NCBI GenBank assembly: GCA_964016885.1
Contig: CAXHJY010001300.1
Location: 1 to 64,000 of the forward strand
Direction: 5' to 3'
Length of the DNA: 64,000 bases
DNA from: Eledone cirrhosa
Taxonomy: Eukaryota
A model generated the notes under the pieces. That model saw only the letters and a list, made by a program, of their open reading frames with translations. It was not told the DNA's origin and did no database searches. The stretch's first letter is position 1, and each line of letters begins with the position of its first letter. Of this stretch, positions 37,780 through 51,299 are shown in pieces. Position numbers and translations under genes: made by a program.

Positions 37780-40440
37780 TTTGTGCGGGTTTGAGAAAGT
37801 AGGGAGCAAACCTTGACAATTGGAACCTGGAACATTACATCATTTACAGATAAGGAGCAGGAACTAGTGGAGGAGACTAGATGCTACCGGCTAGATATAG
37901 TCGGGTTTCCTCAATAAAGTTCCGTGACATTGATACTGTAGATTTGGATGGAGGAAGGAAAAATCCACTATACAGGTGTTGCACCAGAAATGACTGCACA
38001 GCCCCCGGCTGTTAGAAAGTATTATTGATTGGATCCCATTAGGAAGAAGGATTTGACCCTTGAAACTTAGGCTGAAAGATAGGTCTCTGTAGGTGGTGCA
38101 AGGTTTTGCACCCAACAGAGACTTCGAATACAGACCCTTCCTTGATGAAGTCACTGCAGTGTTAGATGTAGTTAAGAGTCATATTCTAATGGGAGAATTC
38201 AATGCACATTTTGGCACTGCCGACCTGACATGGAAATGAGTGATTGGAAGGAATGGCGACAACGATCTAAATACGAATGGAGAGGCCTTATGAGACATCT
38301 GATTTAGCAATGGACTCTCTATTATGAACACCTTCTTCCAGCACAGAGACATCCATAAATATACCCATGTATATTATAAGGAGAATCTGAGACAGAGATC
38401 AATAATTGATTTTGTTATTGTGACTGATCTCGTCGATTCTGTGCTGGATGTTCGTGATAAGAGAGGGGCTGAGCTGTAAACTGATCACCATCTAGTTATA
38501 TGCAACTTGAAAATACCTAAAGCCAAAGAAGCCCCAAAACTGACATGTCCAGGGCGACCTACAGGATAAAGTGGGAAGCGCTGGTGGATAAGGAAGTCAG
38601 GACCAGATATGCAGATACTATTGCATTCTAATTTAGAGAACTCCCTGAGCAAAGTGAGTATCTTGAGACAGAGTGGAGATGGTTCAGCTCAGCAGTTTCT
38701 GCTTCAACTGTTAAATACTGTAGGAGAAAGAGGCTTTGTGTAGCGCCGGATGGCAGGAGGCCATCTTGGTTCAATCAAGATGTCAAAGATGTAATCAGCA
38801 AACAGAGTGTTCTGGCAGACCATCCGACGACTTCATAATAAGAAGTCCTCCTCTACACATGCTAACAGGAACGCGTCTGGGGTTCTCCTCTCTTCAGAGA
38901 GGTGCATCCTCGTGAGAATACTTACAAGGTCACAATAGCATTTTCTGATGTACTCGAGGTGCATCTGGGAGCGTTGACGAATTTCTTGGAGCCTGAGGTC
39001 ACAAGAGCAGTTAAAGAGCTAAAATGTGGCAAGGCTGCTGGGGAAGATGAAATCCGGTCCGAGATGTTAAAAGCCTTAGAGAAGGTATTCTCTGGATGAT
39101 TCGTGTGTGCCGGGTGGCCTAGATCTCTGGAAATGGCACCTAAGCAATGGCAATCGGGAGTGATAATCACAATTTTCAAAAAGGGATTTCCTTGTTAAGC
39201 CTCTCCAGTGAAGTCTATGCTAAGTGTCTGGCACAGAGATGTAGCAATATTGTCGAGTCCAAGCTAGCTGATGAACAGGGCGGATTTCGCCCCGGACGTA
39301 ACCAGCCGACCAAATATTCACACTGCGGCAGGTCTTCAAGAAATCGTAGGAGTTTTGAAGATCTCGAAAAGGCATATGACTGCGTTCTTCGGAACCTGCT
39401 GTGGAAGGTTCTGCAGGAGTATAGGATCGATGGTTAGCTTCTTGCTTCTTCCCGATGTCTCTATATGAATGCCCGAGTATTTGTGATCGGATAAGCGTTG
39501 CTAGATCGAAACCATTCAATGTAGGAGTCTGACTCCGCCAAGGTTGCATACTGTTCACCTCTACTGTTTATTATTTTCATGAATAGGATTGACATGCACA
39601 GTCGTGTTGGAGGTGGTATAACGAGTGGCGGATGTAAGATCAGTCTGCTAGAATTTGCAGACGACATGGTGTTACTTAACACGACAGAAGGTGATCTCCG
39701 ACTTGCACTCAATAGGTTTGATGTCGAGTGCTGCATGGCTGGAATGAAAATCAGTGATGCGAAAACTAAGACACTCGTCCTCTCAAGGAAGCCTGCGTAG
39801 TGAACTTTACATGTGGAACTCCACTGAAGCAGCTGGAGAAGTTCAAGTATCTTGGGGCCATGTTCACGAGTGATGGAAGACAGGAGGCTGAATTAAGTGC
39901 AAGAATTATAGGAGCTTGTGCAGTAATGTACCAGCTTCAGCATTCTGTAATCAGAAAAAGGGAGGTAGGCGTAAAAGCCAAACCCATACCTATGGTCATG
40001 AATCTTGGGTAATGACCGAAAAATATGATCGCGAATACAAGCAGCCGAAAATGAGGTTCCTTCAAAGGGTCTTTGGAGTAACGTTACTCGATAGAGTGAA
40101 TATCTCGTAGATCCACTACAACTCCAAATTAAGACATCACAGCTCCGATAATATGGGCATGTTGTTAGAACGTTTCAGGAAAGAGTCGCTGGACAGATTT
40201 TACGGGCATAACTAACTTGCAGGAGACCCAAGGATAGACCTCGAGCAAGATAATTGGATAACATCCATGAGCTTGGTTGGTCTCGCTTGGGGATCCAGCC
40301 GGATCAGTTGGACACGGTTGTTTTGACAGGACCCGCTGGAAGGAAGTTTGAGGACTCTGCCGCCAAGACCTCAGGAATATGTAGAAGAAGAAGAAGAAGA
40401 AGAAGAAGAAGAAGAAGAAGAAGAAGAAGAAGAAGAAGAA
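37780..40440 (+). mobile_element. Decayed near-full-length RTE LINE (APE plus RT) with (GAA)n tail
   Basis: APE remnants (TIGTWNI, LMGEFNAH, MNTFFQH, TDHHLV); RT remnants GKAAGEDEI, DLEKAYD, EFADD and FKYLG; (GAA)n at 40384-40440. Confidence 0.9.
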
Positions 40441-40816
40441 GGCTGGCCATTGACTCTCCTGAGTTCCTTCAGCCTTCGCGACGACCCGAACACGGAACAG
40501 GTTGCACTGGGTTTCATATTCCCAGCAGCACTCGAGAACAACATGACAAAAATAGAGAACCTATAGTGGTATATTTTAAAAGATGACAAACTTGTGTTTC
40601 AGCTGTTAGGCGAATTCGAAGGGTGATAACACCCGGGTTTCCATCACGCCTAAGCAGTATCACAGGCTGGTTTCAAAACATTCCAATAAAGAACTAACTG
40701 ATATTTCGTATTTATCTTTCAATATTTAACCAACTTGCTCAATTGTAATGCTATCTTTTACTTCAGATATTACATTTTAATATTTTAAAATATTGAAATT
40801 TTAATAATCCTGCGTG

Positions 40817-40889
<73 letters not shown>

Positions 40890-41089
40890 ACACAAACATG
40901 TATGTATGTATGTATGCATGTACGTACATACGTACATACATACATGCATACATACATACATAAGTTTTTTTTCCGTTCTCGGATACGAGTAAGCTTTCCA
41001 CTCTTACAATCTGGAGATATGGTCAATATTGGACCTTGAAAATTTAGGTAGCTCTTTTGTTCCGTGTATGATAATACATATATAATATG

Positions 41090-41275
41090 ATAATTGTTTC
41101 TACTTTTGGCACAGGGCCAGCAACTACCCAGTGTATTACTGGTACTTTATTTTATCGACCCCGTAAGGATGAAAGGCAAAGTTAACCTCGGCGGGATTTG
41201 AACTCAGAATGGCAAGGGGCGTAACTATGCGTCAAAGAATGGCGTCCGACCCTCTACCGATACTGCCAATCCACA
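41090..41275 (-). mobile_element. tRNA-derived SINE
   Basis: Matches the family consensus. Confidence 0.85.
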
Positions 41276-41319
41276 TGGCAATATATATATATAATATATA
41301 TATATATATACATATATAT

Positions 41320-41765
41320 ACTAGACCTGAAAAATGCGCAAGCTCAAAAGAGCCACATAATGTTATAATAAACCTTCAAAAGTGTGGGACTAGAGTTGTT
41401 GCTCAAAAATATTGTAATCATTATCTATCGTACACTCTGTGGAATCCTTTTATAAAAAAGAGATTCATAACGAACTCAAGACGACACAATAATTATTTAA
41501 GCTAATGTTCAATATCTCATATTAGATGTTTAGTAATGATTAATACGAAATGTACTTAAACCGAGTTCTATAATATAAATTCATTTAAATAATTATCGTG
41601 TCGTCTTGAGTTCGTTATGAGTTTCTTTTTTATAAAAGGATGCCACAGAGTGTACGATAGATAATTATTACAATATTTTTGAGCAACAACTCTAGTCCCA
41701 CACTTTTGAAGGTTTATTATAACATTCAGTGGCTCTTTTGAGCTTGCGCATTTTTCAGGTCTAGT
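41320..41765. mobile_element. Fold-back/MITE-like element with about 180-bp inverted arms
   Basis: 41320-41500 pairs with 41585-41765 (ACTAGACCTGAAAAATGCGC... / ...GCGCATTTTTCAGGTCTAGT) with few mismatches. Confidence 0.85.
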
Positions 41766-42478
41766 TTAATATTTTTTTAAGGCAACGCTTGTAATAACTC
41801 TAGTTAAACATGATATATATTGATAATAAATTATCGTTGTAATGTTATTAGATTATATAATTGTTATTTTATAAATGATCTTATAAATATTATTGAAAGA
41901 TGTATAAACATATTTCCAGACTTTTAATATAAACAACTACAAAAAACAATCAATATTAAATAAATATATTTTACATAATAATTGTTATAGTTGAATTAAT
42001 AAAAAATAAATATTACATACAATAGTCTAACATAATAATAAAAAAATAATCTAACATAAAACGAACAATAATATGGACAAATATACAAGTAAATATGATA
42101 CAACCAATATTATAAGCATGTTATAATGAACTGAAAAAAAATAGTTAATATAAATTTAAAAAATCATATATAAATTAACAATATAACTTACCAAAACGAG
42201 AAAAATATTTTGATGATAAACGACGAAATACAGGAGGAAGATTCGGAAGCGAAACGATAAGTAAACGTGCAAACAAAATGGTGGATGCTTTTGAGCAACA
42301 ATTACTCTCGTTGGTTGATTAGCCAATAAGATGATGAAATTAGCCAATAAGACAAAACATGTTTGGCAGCGATCATCACCACGGCCAGCGACACCCCTTG
42401 AATTTTTTATTCACAAGCTACGCATATATGTCAGACACGCAGACTTAAAACTTTCTGTTGTTAGTCACTGCGTGTCTA

Positions 42479-42559
<81 letters not shown>

Positions 42560-42596
42560 GACAATAAGAATTGTAGTTATTTGCAGACTTTATTAT

Positions 42597-42681
42597 ATAT
42601 TACAATTTGTTTCCATATCGATCAGCTCGGGTTTGATAATGTGATCGGATCCCGACTCTTAATCGACACTTCTTCAGATAT
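42597..42681 (-). ncRNA. Type I hammerhead ribozyme with extended helix II
   Basis: AUAU-CUGAAGA-A[GUGUCGAUU...UCGGG...CCCGA...GAUCGAUAU]G-GAAA-C-AAAUU-GUA|AUAU, followed by AAUAAA. Confidence 0.78.
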
Positions 42682-42719
42682 GAGAGTTTACATGGTTTAT
42701 GCTCATGTTGCAGCCTAAA

Positions 42720-44453
42720 AGATTAAAGGTATCAAACAATGTCCCCACCAAATCCTTTCACAACAGACACAAATAAATCCCATGCTCTTTTTTATACGTC
42801 AGTCATCGAGCTCGAGAAGTTTTGGCATTTCATTAATTTTCTCATTTGTGTCCCGTCAACATCACCTGTCTTTATTTTATCATAACTTAGGCCTGGAAAT
42901 GTTGTACATATGAATTTGAAACAGCCCCCCCCCCCCGCCCCACACATTAAGAGCTTTGACAAACTGCTTCATTAGTCCTAGTTTAATATGAAGGGGTGGG
43001 AAGATTATTTTCTCTCGCCCAACAAGTGGTTAGTGTACGATATTCTTCCCCCAACTGTCAAACCTTTTCTAACTGGCCAGTACTTCTGTACCTAATGTTT
43101 ATTTTTCACTCGGCTATCTCATAAACACAGGAAACACGGATATTTTGTATACCCTCCTTGTTGGCCAAGTAAAAAGTTGACTATTTTCAGATCCACACAT
43201 ATGTCCCATTTGTGTTCATCATACTTGAGCAAATCTAATACAGTTTTTATGTTTTCATGCTTCTCTTTTAAGTGCACAGAGTGTCCAATAAGAATTGCAC
43301 CTAACAAGTTTCCATTATGGAGTAATACATATTTTAGATTCTTCTTTGAACTATCTATAAAGAGTCTCCATTCATGAGGATCATACTATAGAGCAACTAT
43401 CGCTTTCAACAGTCCCGCCACGTCACAACAGTAAACAAAATATTTTTCAGTTTTAAAGGATACCAAGAGATCTTTTTCCCTGTTCTGATAAAAACTTACA
43501 TTTGTTTCTTTCTACAGCATATTCTTCTCTTTAAGTCTAGAAGCTAACAGTTCTGATAAATCTTTTGATAAGCCTAAGTCTCTAACTAAATCATTCAGTT
43601 CTGCCTGGTTGAAGTTTTCACGTTCCTTGGTTGCTGTATCAACAAAGTCTGTATCACTGTTATGTTCATGATTTTCTTCTGATACACACATATCACTTTA
43701 ATCTTCCAGTGAAGGTAATTCTGTGTAAAGAGGTACTGGTTATTCATCTGAGTGAAGCACGGGGCGAATTGCTGAATCCAGATTTGGGTAACTTATTTTC
43801 TGTCAAGTTTTCTTGGTATAACCAGAAGTCTTTGGGAGACAAAAGTACCAATCTTCTGCATGGTTCTTTGGTTCCCTCCATACCACAGGAATGCCAAATA
43901 CTAGTTGTTTTCTTGTGCCCTTTGTCCATTGGAGTAGATTTTCGACACATGGTTTACATACATTGTGCGGGACCTACGATGTATCCTGATCTCCAAGTTT
44001 AAGTTTAAAGTAAGCCAAGTATGCTCTTTTCACAAATTCACTAATGTTTATTCTTTGACTTGACACTGTAAAACTACCGCATATATAGCAGAAAGAGTCA
44101 GGTGAATGCAAACCTTTTCTTGGCATTGAAGCCATGCTACACAACACCTGTGTTATTTCTTAAAATCAATCTGAAAAGAGGGAAATTATTATTAGATATA
44201 ATATATTTATATATCTAGGTGTATCTAGATAAAAAGATGTCTAAATACATAGATAAAATACTATATATCAACATAAATTACTACCTAAGATATCTCTTTT
44301 AGCTATGGATGGGGGCCAATATGGACCAGCCCATAGATAAAAAACTTGATGTGATAGAAAAAAAGTATTGTAATTTTTAAACTCACGGGCCCCAAACTAT
44401 TCTAGAATAGGTCTCAAACTTAGGCCAGCAGAAAATAATTTTATTGACCAGTG
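42720..44453 (-). mobile_element. Chapaev3-like (CMC superfamily) DNA transposon, 3'-truncated and decayed
   Basis: The terminus CACTGGTCAATAAAA is preceded by TAA. The transposase remnants are MASM..SPDSFCYICG, GHSVHLKE, WDICVDLK, LLGQQGGYTKYPCFLC and PPLHIKLGLMKQFVKAL. Family assignment is from motif recall. Confidence 0.7.
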
Positions 44454-46289
44454 TTATTGCTGTTTCCATTCATGTATTGGTTTTGGTGTTGGTGATGGTA
44501 CTGATGGTGATGATAGCGGTGATGGGTATTGTTGGTGGTGGCAGTGGTCATATTGTTATTGTATTGTTGTGGTTTAGTTTTAGGCCAATCCTCATTGAGG
44601 AGACCCAATGTCAAGATATTTCAGTGAACCTTTATGATACACTAGGGTATTATATTATCTCATATTGTTGTTATTTATTTTACAACGAAGTTGCTTATCT
44701 TGTTCATACTATTATTGCTGTTGCTGTGGATCATTGAAGAGTTGGTGGGTTGGTAAAGACAGTAATTATATTGATTTGGATGTTGATGGTGGTAGTGTTG
44801 GTATTAATAATAGATAGCTTTGGTGGTGAAAATTGATTTTGACAATGGTCTACGACTTCCAGGTAACAACCTCCTATCGCTTATTGTTCATCTTTTCTTT
44901 TCCTTTCCATTGCTTGAGATTTCCTTCACTTACACAAAAACACACACACTAACGAGACTTGAACCCTGAATACCACGATAGCCATGCATTACTGCTCAAT
45001 ATCTTGTTCTATACGCTCTACTCTGGCATATGTTAATTCAGTCATGCATAAAAATGTATATTACGATTTTAATCAATGGAAAACGTACCAGGCTAAATAC
45101 TTTAGTAGAGCCTCTGACAGTGGTGGGAAGAAGTTGTTCTTAGACCGGGGACCTGCATGGAACTCAGCGAATTCCGTTTAAGGCACACAAAGTTTAGTTT
45201 GTGGTGTAATATATATTTTTTCCCTCGACGTTCTGCTCACTGGATCGATTTTACCTTCTATTTCTTTGGGTTAATTAAGTGAAGTACTAATGTAATCCTA
45301 AACCCGGTTTAATACCCCTACATAGCCTTTGGGTCCTTTTGACAGAGATTACTTTGTTGGAAGCATTCCTACCAGGTTTCCGATTTGAGGATAACTTCCT
45401 CCCACCAGTTTCGGCAATACGGAAAAAAAAATAAAGGGTCCTGGGCGCTGGCTTCCTTCCATGACCAAAATGTTAAAAGATTATTCAACTTGCAGTGGAC
45501 TAAATACATTTCAAACGTTTTTATATGAATCATTAACATAAAATATAGAAAACAGGTGATTTAAAAATATAATATAATATAGAGTTAAATGAATACAGTT
45601 AAAAATACAGACTTGTTAAAATATAAAGATTAAAGTTAAAGTTAAAATATAAAGATTAACCCTTTATATTACACTATATATTACTATTATATTTTTATGG
45701 TAAAGGCTTTATCTCACATAATATCGAATCCATGAGATTTTGATATTATTTCTTTTAAGAAAAAAACCTTAACATTGGTATGAGTGGATGGTTACGGCCG
45801 GTTTGAACAGAAAGAGCTGAGAGAATTCTGGCCGGATATGGCCGGTTTAAATGCTAAAGAGTTAAAGTTAAAATATAAACATTAGATTTTAACAACATGA
45901 ACTATTAAGACAGGAAAACCCTTAAAAAAAGGAGGAAAAATTAAAAACTGGTGCAGTTTTTATTTGTTCTTGACTTTGCACCAATGATTTGATAATATCT
46001 GTATAGTCGTAAAGATATTTTTTGTGTGGGAGTTTTTGAGTACGAATGTGTGCGTGTGTGAATGTGTTTCTTTGTCTGAGTGTTTGTGTGTGTGTGTATG
46101 TGTGATTGTGCTAGTGTGTGTGTGTTGTGTTGTTAGTACTATAAGGAATTACAAATAGATAGTATTGGTGTGATGGGAGTGTACTGCGACCGACGTGTCC
46201 TCTACTTGTCGGGAACCCGGCGGTTGAGAGTGGATTTGGACTGTACTTTTTCATGCTAATCTATTGCTGACAGCAGTCGATCAAAGCCC

Positions 46290-46910
46290 CAGTACTTGAC
46301 TTAGACTTTATTTTATCGAGCTCAGAAAGATGAAAAGTAAAGTTAACTTGAGCAGAGCTTGAACTGAATATAATTGTTTCTACTTTTGGCACAAGGCCAG
46401 CAATTACTCCAGTGCATTACTGGCGCTTTATTTTATCGACCCCGTAAGGATGGCAGGCAAAGTTAACCTCGGTGGGATTCGAACTTAGAACGTAAAGGGC
46501 CATATCTCTATGCTGCAAAGCATGATGTCTGACGCTCTACTATATTGCCAATACACCCCCTTGGATTGGTTACTTGAACTGAATATAATTGTTTCTACTT
46601 TTGGCACAAGGCCAGCAATTACCCAGTACATTACTGGTACTTTATTTTATTGACCCCGTCAGGATGAAAGGCAAAGTTAACCTCGACGGGATTTGATCTC
46701 AGACCATAAAGGGACGTAACTATGCTAGAAAGCATAGCGTCCGACCCTCTACCGATACTGCCAATCCACCGCCATTACTTGAACTGAATATAATTGTTTC
46801 TACTTTTGGCACAAGGCCAGCAATTACCTAGTGTATTACTGGTAATTTATTTTATCGACCCCGTAAGGATGAAAGGCAAAGTTAACCTCGGCGGGATTTG
46901 AACTCAGAAT
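46290..46910 (-). mobile_element. Tandem array of 3-4 SINE copies
   Basis: Copies at about 46370, 46585 and 46790 are each preceded by CTTGAACTGAATATAAT. Confidence 0.9.
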
Positions 46911-48279
46911 CTGGAGCAAGGCTTCATCTGAATGCAAAGATCCGGAGCAAATAGTGGAGGATATTTTGTCTGTCACTCAAATGATTCTGTTAATTCACTG
47001 TTCTCTTCTTGTAATGATTCATATTTCAATTTCGTTTCAGATATTCGTATACAGTTCTGTTTTATGGGAAAGACATAACTTATTTAGTTGTTTAGTTTTT
47101 TAGTAGATTATCTTTTAATGTATTTAAATAAATGATCAACTACTTATAACACAACTTATGACTAAATCTGCCTTGAGTAACTTGAAGCATTTGGACCGAA
47201 TGAAACTTTTTGTGACTTTTTTGGTATAGCATGTGTAATGCCATGATTATATAAAATAATAACTTTTTACTAAAATTGTGTTTTGTAATATTTACATTCG
47301 ATTCATTCCCTTTTCTCTCTCATTCAATCACGTTCTTTTTTATTATCTTGGGTCGATATTTTAATGATTTGCTTACTATCATTTTCTGCACTCATATTAA
47401 ATTCTTCTTCTAGATTTATGATGACTAATATCTCATAAGGTCCGCTGCTACGAAAAGGAAATTCTTGGCTGAACTGAACCATTCTATATTTGAGAAGATT
47501 TAAAAAATAAGATTAAACATTTCTTCTATTCTATCTCACGGAAGGACATTCTGCATTTGAGTTAGCCACTGGTTAACGAGGAGTAAACTTAATCTTTCAA
47601 AGCTAAAGTATCTTTCTCAAAAAGAAACTATAAAATGAAAATATTATTTGTTCCTGCATCAATTCTTATTTTGTTGAAGAAGGAATTATTAATAGGAATA
47701 AGTTACTCCAGTGGTTTCAGTTAAGAATGGTAAGGATATAGAATAAAGAATTATAGATGGAGAAAGATATTATAAAAGACAAAACCACGCCGCAATACCA
47801 TAACTATTATAGCAGCTGAATAGATGGATCTTAAATAGTTAGATTTGCTATCGCGAAAACAAACGCTAGAAAGTAACTTGGAGAATACAGAAATTAGCAT
47901 AAAGATTAGATGTGATCGGGAGAAAGGATGACTGACAGTTAGACGACTTGCGGTAAAATACCCAATAGGAACGGATTATTCAAAGTATTAACTGTTAAAG
48001 AAATGCCCCAGCAATCTTATATAAAACACTGTAAATAAATAAGTCAAGTTAATGTAGATAACAAAATACAAGAAGCACTTCCTCTGGTCATCTTAACAAA
48101 AGAGCATTCTTTTAAACAAAATAGTTAATTGAAAATAATAATTAGTCATACCTGTAAAATATTTTCGTTGCTTTAATATATTCAACATTTTACTTCATAT
48201 TTATAGAGTTAGTGATATTTTCAAATATTAGAAGGGTGGGTAGCTCCGATAATATATCGCCAAATTTGCTGGGTTCGAG

Positions 48280-48495
48280 GGTGGTGGATTGGCAGTATCG
48301 GTAGAGCGTCAGACAATATGCTTTGCGGAATAGAGTTACGGCCCTTTACGTTCTGAGTTCAAATCCCGCCGTGGTTAACTTTGCCTTTCATCCTTACGTG
48401 GTCAATAAAATAAAGCACAGGTCATGCACTGGGGTCGATTTAATCGACTTTCCCTTCCCCAAAATTGCTGGCCTTGTATATAAGAAACCATATTA
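48280..48495 (+). mobile_element. tRNA-derived SINE
   Basis: Box A/B and conserved core. Confidence 0.85.
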
Positions 48496-50999
48496 TGTGG
48501 ATTCAAATCTTACGTTTTATTTCCCCAGAAGCGATAAAATTAGTACCAGCAACATAACGGGGTGAAATGAATCTCTTGTGTTTGCTGTTCTAGAAATCTG
48601 GTCCATTGGCTACTAAAATGAAGTTCAATGCTAAAATTTACTTTGATTTATTTTGAGGACATGGTCTAGTTGCAACTGATTGTTATGAATGTTGTGTTGA
48701 AAATGTTCCATACAAGTCTTTTTTTGGTCAAATGTATTATAATTGTCTACACTATAAATACATGAATCGAAAAAATCCGTTGTCTAATCGGCTTCTACTA
48801 TTGTAATTCAACATGATGCTTCCTGCTTTCGGTAGTAATCGTAAAAATAAAACAACAGAAAGTTTGTATTCTATGTTTTGGCAAATGGGTGGCGAGGAAG
48901 ACTTATTTGTGGAATCTGAAGGTTGGGTAATATATTCGTCTTTCAAGTATTGTTTGGGAGCATGTCAAAGGATGAAGATGCACGCTTCTTTGTTTACACT
49001 AGATGGACAACTTTGACATATAGAAGTCAACAAAAACAAACGAGATAGTAATAAGCATTTCTCGCCTTCTTTTATTTGAAAAAGGAGAAGAAAAAAGGGC
49101 CCTATAAACTTCTATAGTCCCTGGTCAGAAGATATAGATAACAGTTTAATGCAATATCCTACTTCTAATATTTTTTATCAAGACATTTATCTCTGAATAT
49201 TAGTTTTAATTAAAATCTCTTTCTATACATTAATGAATGCATACATATCCGACTGATGAAGAAATATATTAAATTCATATGAGGATTATAGAAACAATTA
49301 ATTTAGTTCTTAATTTATAGAGTAAAAAAAACATCTTTTTTTCTTATAATTATAGAAAACTATAGCAACTAACTCTTAACAATGACATTCAAATTTCTTT
49401 TAAATCACACCCTCCTGTTTTCTAAAATAAATGTAGGACATATTAGATAATGTAGTCTTAGATGCAGTGGGTTAGAGATGTGCTGGTCACGATTAGAACG
49501 CCTTTGATTGATCATAAATCTGCTCAATCGTTGCGGATTTGTGGCTAAACAACAACAAAAAGAACAACAACAACAACAACAAACTCTAACTACGATGGGA
49601 ATCAATATACTCTGATATCTGACCCCTGCTTATTTTCTCTCTTTTACTTTCTCACCCTTTTCTTTCTCTCCTTTCTCTTATTTTTGTTCTTTCTTATCTT
49701 ACTTTTTCCGATTTTTATTTTATTTCACTTTCATTACGAGATCTCATAGATGCTTATTGATATGTAAATAGTGTTTTCGTCAACATATACTTTATTACAT
49801 GTTTCCTTTTATCGATTATTTCATAGGCCCTAAGAAAATGGCATCTTTAGTTAAGTGAACTGCATTCTACATAAAAGAATATTCTAAGCTAAGTAAATCG
49901 TAAGTAGTTCAACAGAGCAAAGAAACACATATCCTCCCAGGTTCCTGAAAAAAACATCAACTCCAACTCCATATATATACACACACACACATTTATTTAA
50001 ACTCTTCTCTCTCAGTATATTTTTATATTCTGCGAAAACACCCACATATAAACCACACAGAAACAAATATAACACATTTATCTACAAATATATTTGGGAA
50101 TATATATTAATACATATGAATATATCACACGCCTATACATATGTATACATGTATCAACACAAATACACATGAGTGTTTATCCCTCCTCAAGAAATGTACA
50201 ACATCCTTTTTAGAACAAATAGTTCATTTAGAATTTTCTGATTTTAATGGGCACTCTCATTAGATGCTACAAGTATTGAATATGTGTAATGGTGTATCTC
50301 TGCGCCAAAACACACGCTTACATCTATTGTACATACATGTACAAATATTTTCAATGCTATTTACATCGATGCAAGTGCTTTCTAAGTGGCAGGCTACCTT
50401 AATTAGAAGCAATTGTATGAAGCCACTATACAACATTTTAAAATAATTCTAAAACAGATTCTTAGCTAGAGAGAATGATAAATTCTGCAAACAGCAGCAA
50501 ATTGACTATAATTAAAGGACAAATTAAAAGAAAAATCTCCTGCAAATGATACAAGAAAGGAAACTCTCTAAAAAGTTTAAATAGTCAGTTATTTCATTCT
50601 GTATGTATAGATTTTTTCAAATTATTTTCTTACTGGACAGCCATGCTGTATTATCTAAAGGCAGCTGGGAGTTAGTTTATAGCCAATTATTATATATTTA
50701 TATACCTTATCATTTGAATGTCTTAAAAATACTATTACAGAATATTTGAGGGAGATTCTGAAGCGGTGTTATCTAATGAAACAGATTTGATTTTGGTAAA
50801 ATCTAGAGCTGACCCAGAGTTCTCGACAACTGACATCTGTAAAAACCGTGTGTGATCGTCACATAAGTTTAAAACAAAGAAATTATGTTTGGCTCCTCAA
50901 TTTAAACAACATATTTTGTAAAAAGTATAAATTGAACCCATTTTCCCGAGTAAAGTTGTCAGGACAGTGTATTGCGTATGTTTAAAATGATAATGATTC

Positions 51000-51212
51000 C
51001 TACTTTTTAGATACAAGGCAAATAATTTTGGGGGCGGGAAAGTCGATTAAATCGGCCTCAGTACTTGACTGGTACTTTATTTTATCGAGCCAAGAAGAAC
51101 GAAAGGCAAAATTGACCACGATGGAATTTAAACATGGAACGTAAAGGGCCGGAACTAAATATTGTGAAGCATTTTGTCTGAAGCTCTAATGATTCTGCCA
51201 AATCCACCGCCC
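51000..51212 (-). mobile_element. Diverged SINE
   Basis: Conserved core on the minus strand. Confidence 0.75.
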
Positions 51213-51299
51213 TGTATGTTTAAGATAATAACACAGCTAGTGGTAGTTATTGTTTTTCCAATAGTTGAGAACCATACCTTAGGCAACATGAATTCAAAT

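Noticed and set aside
46358-46910. Repeat-spacer pattern superficially like a CRISPR array
   Set aside because: The spacers are homologous SINE copies in eukaryotic DNA, and there are no cas genes.
49250-49310. CTGATGA...GAAAC candidate hammerhead
   Set aside because: I could not form helix I or a convincing helix II.
47400-50950. Relatively unique sequence that might hold host exons (ORFs 48752-48946 and 48813-49016)
   Set aside because: There is no recognisable domain or convincing splice structure; it would need RNA-seq or BLASTX.
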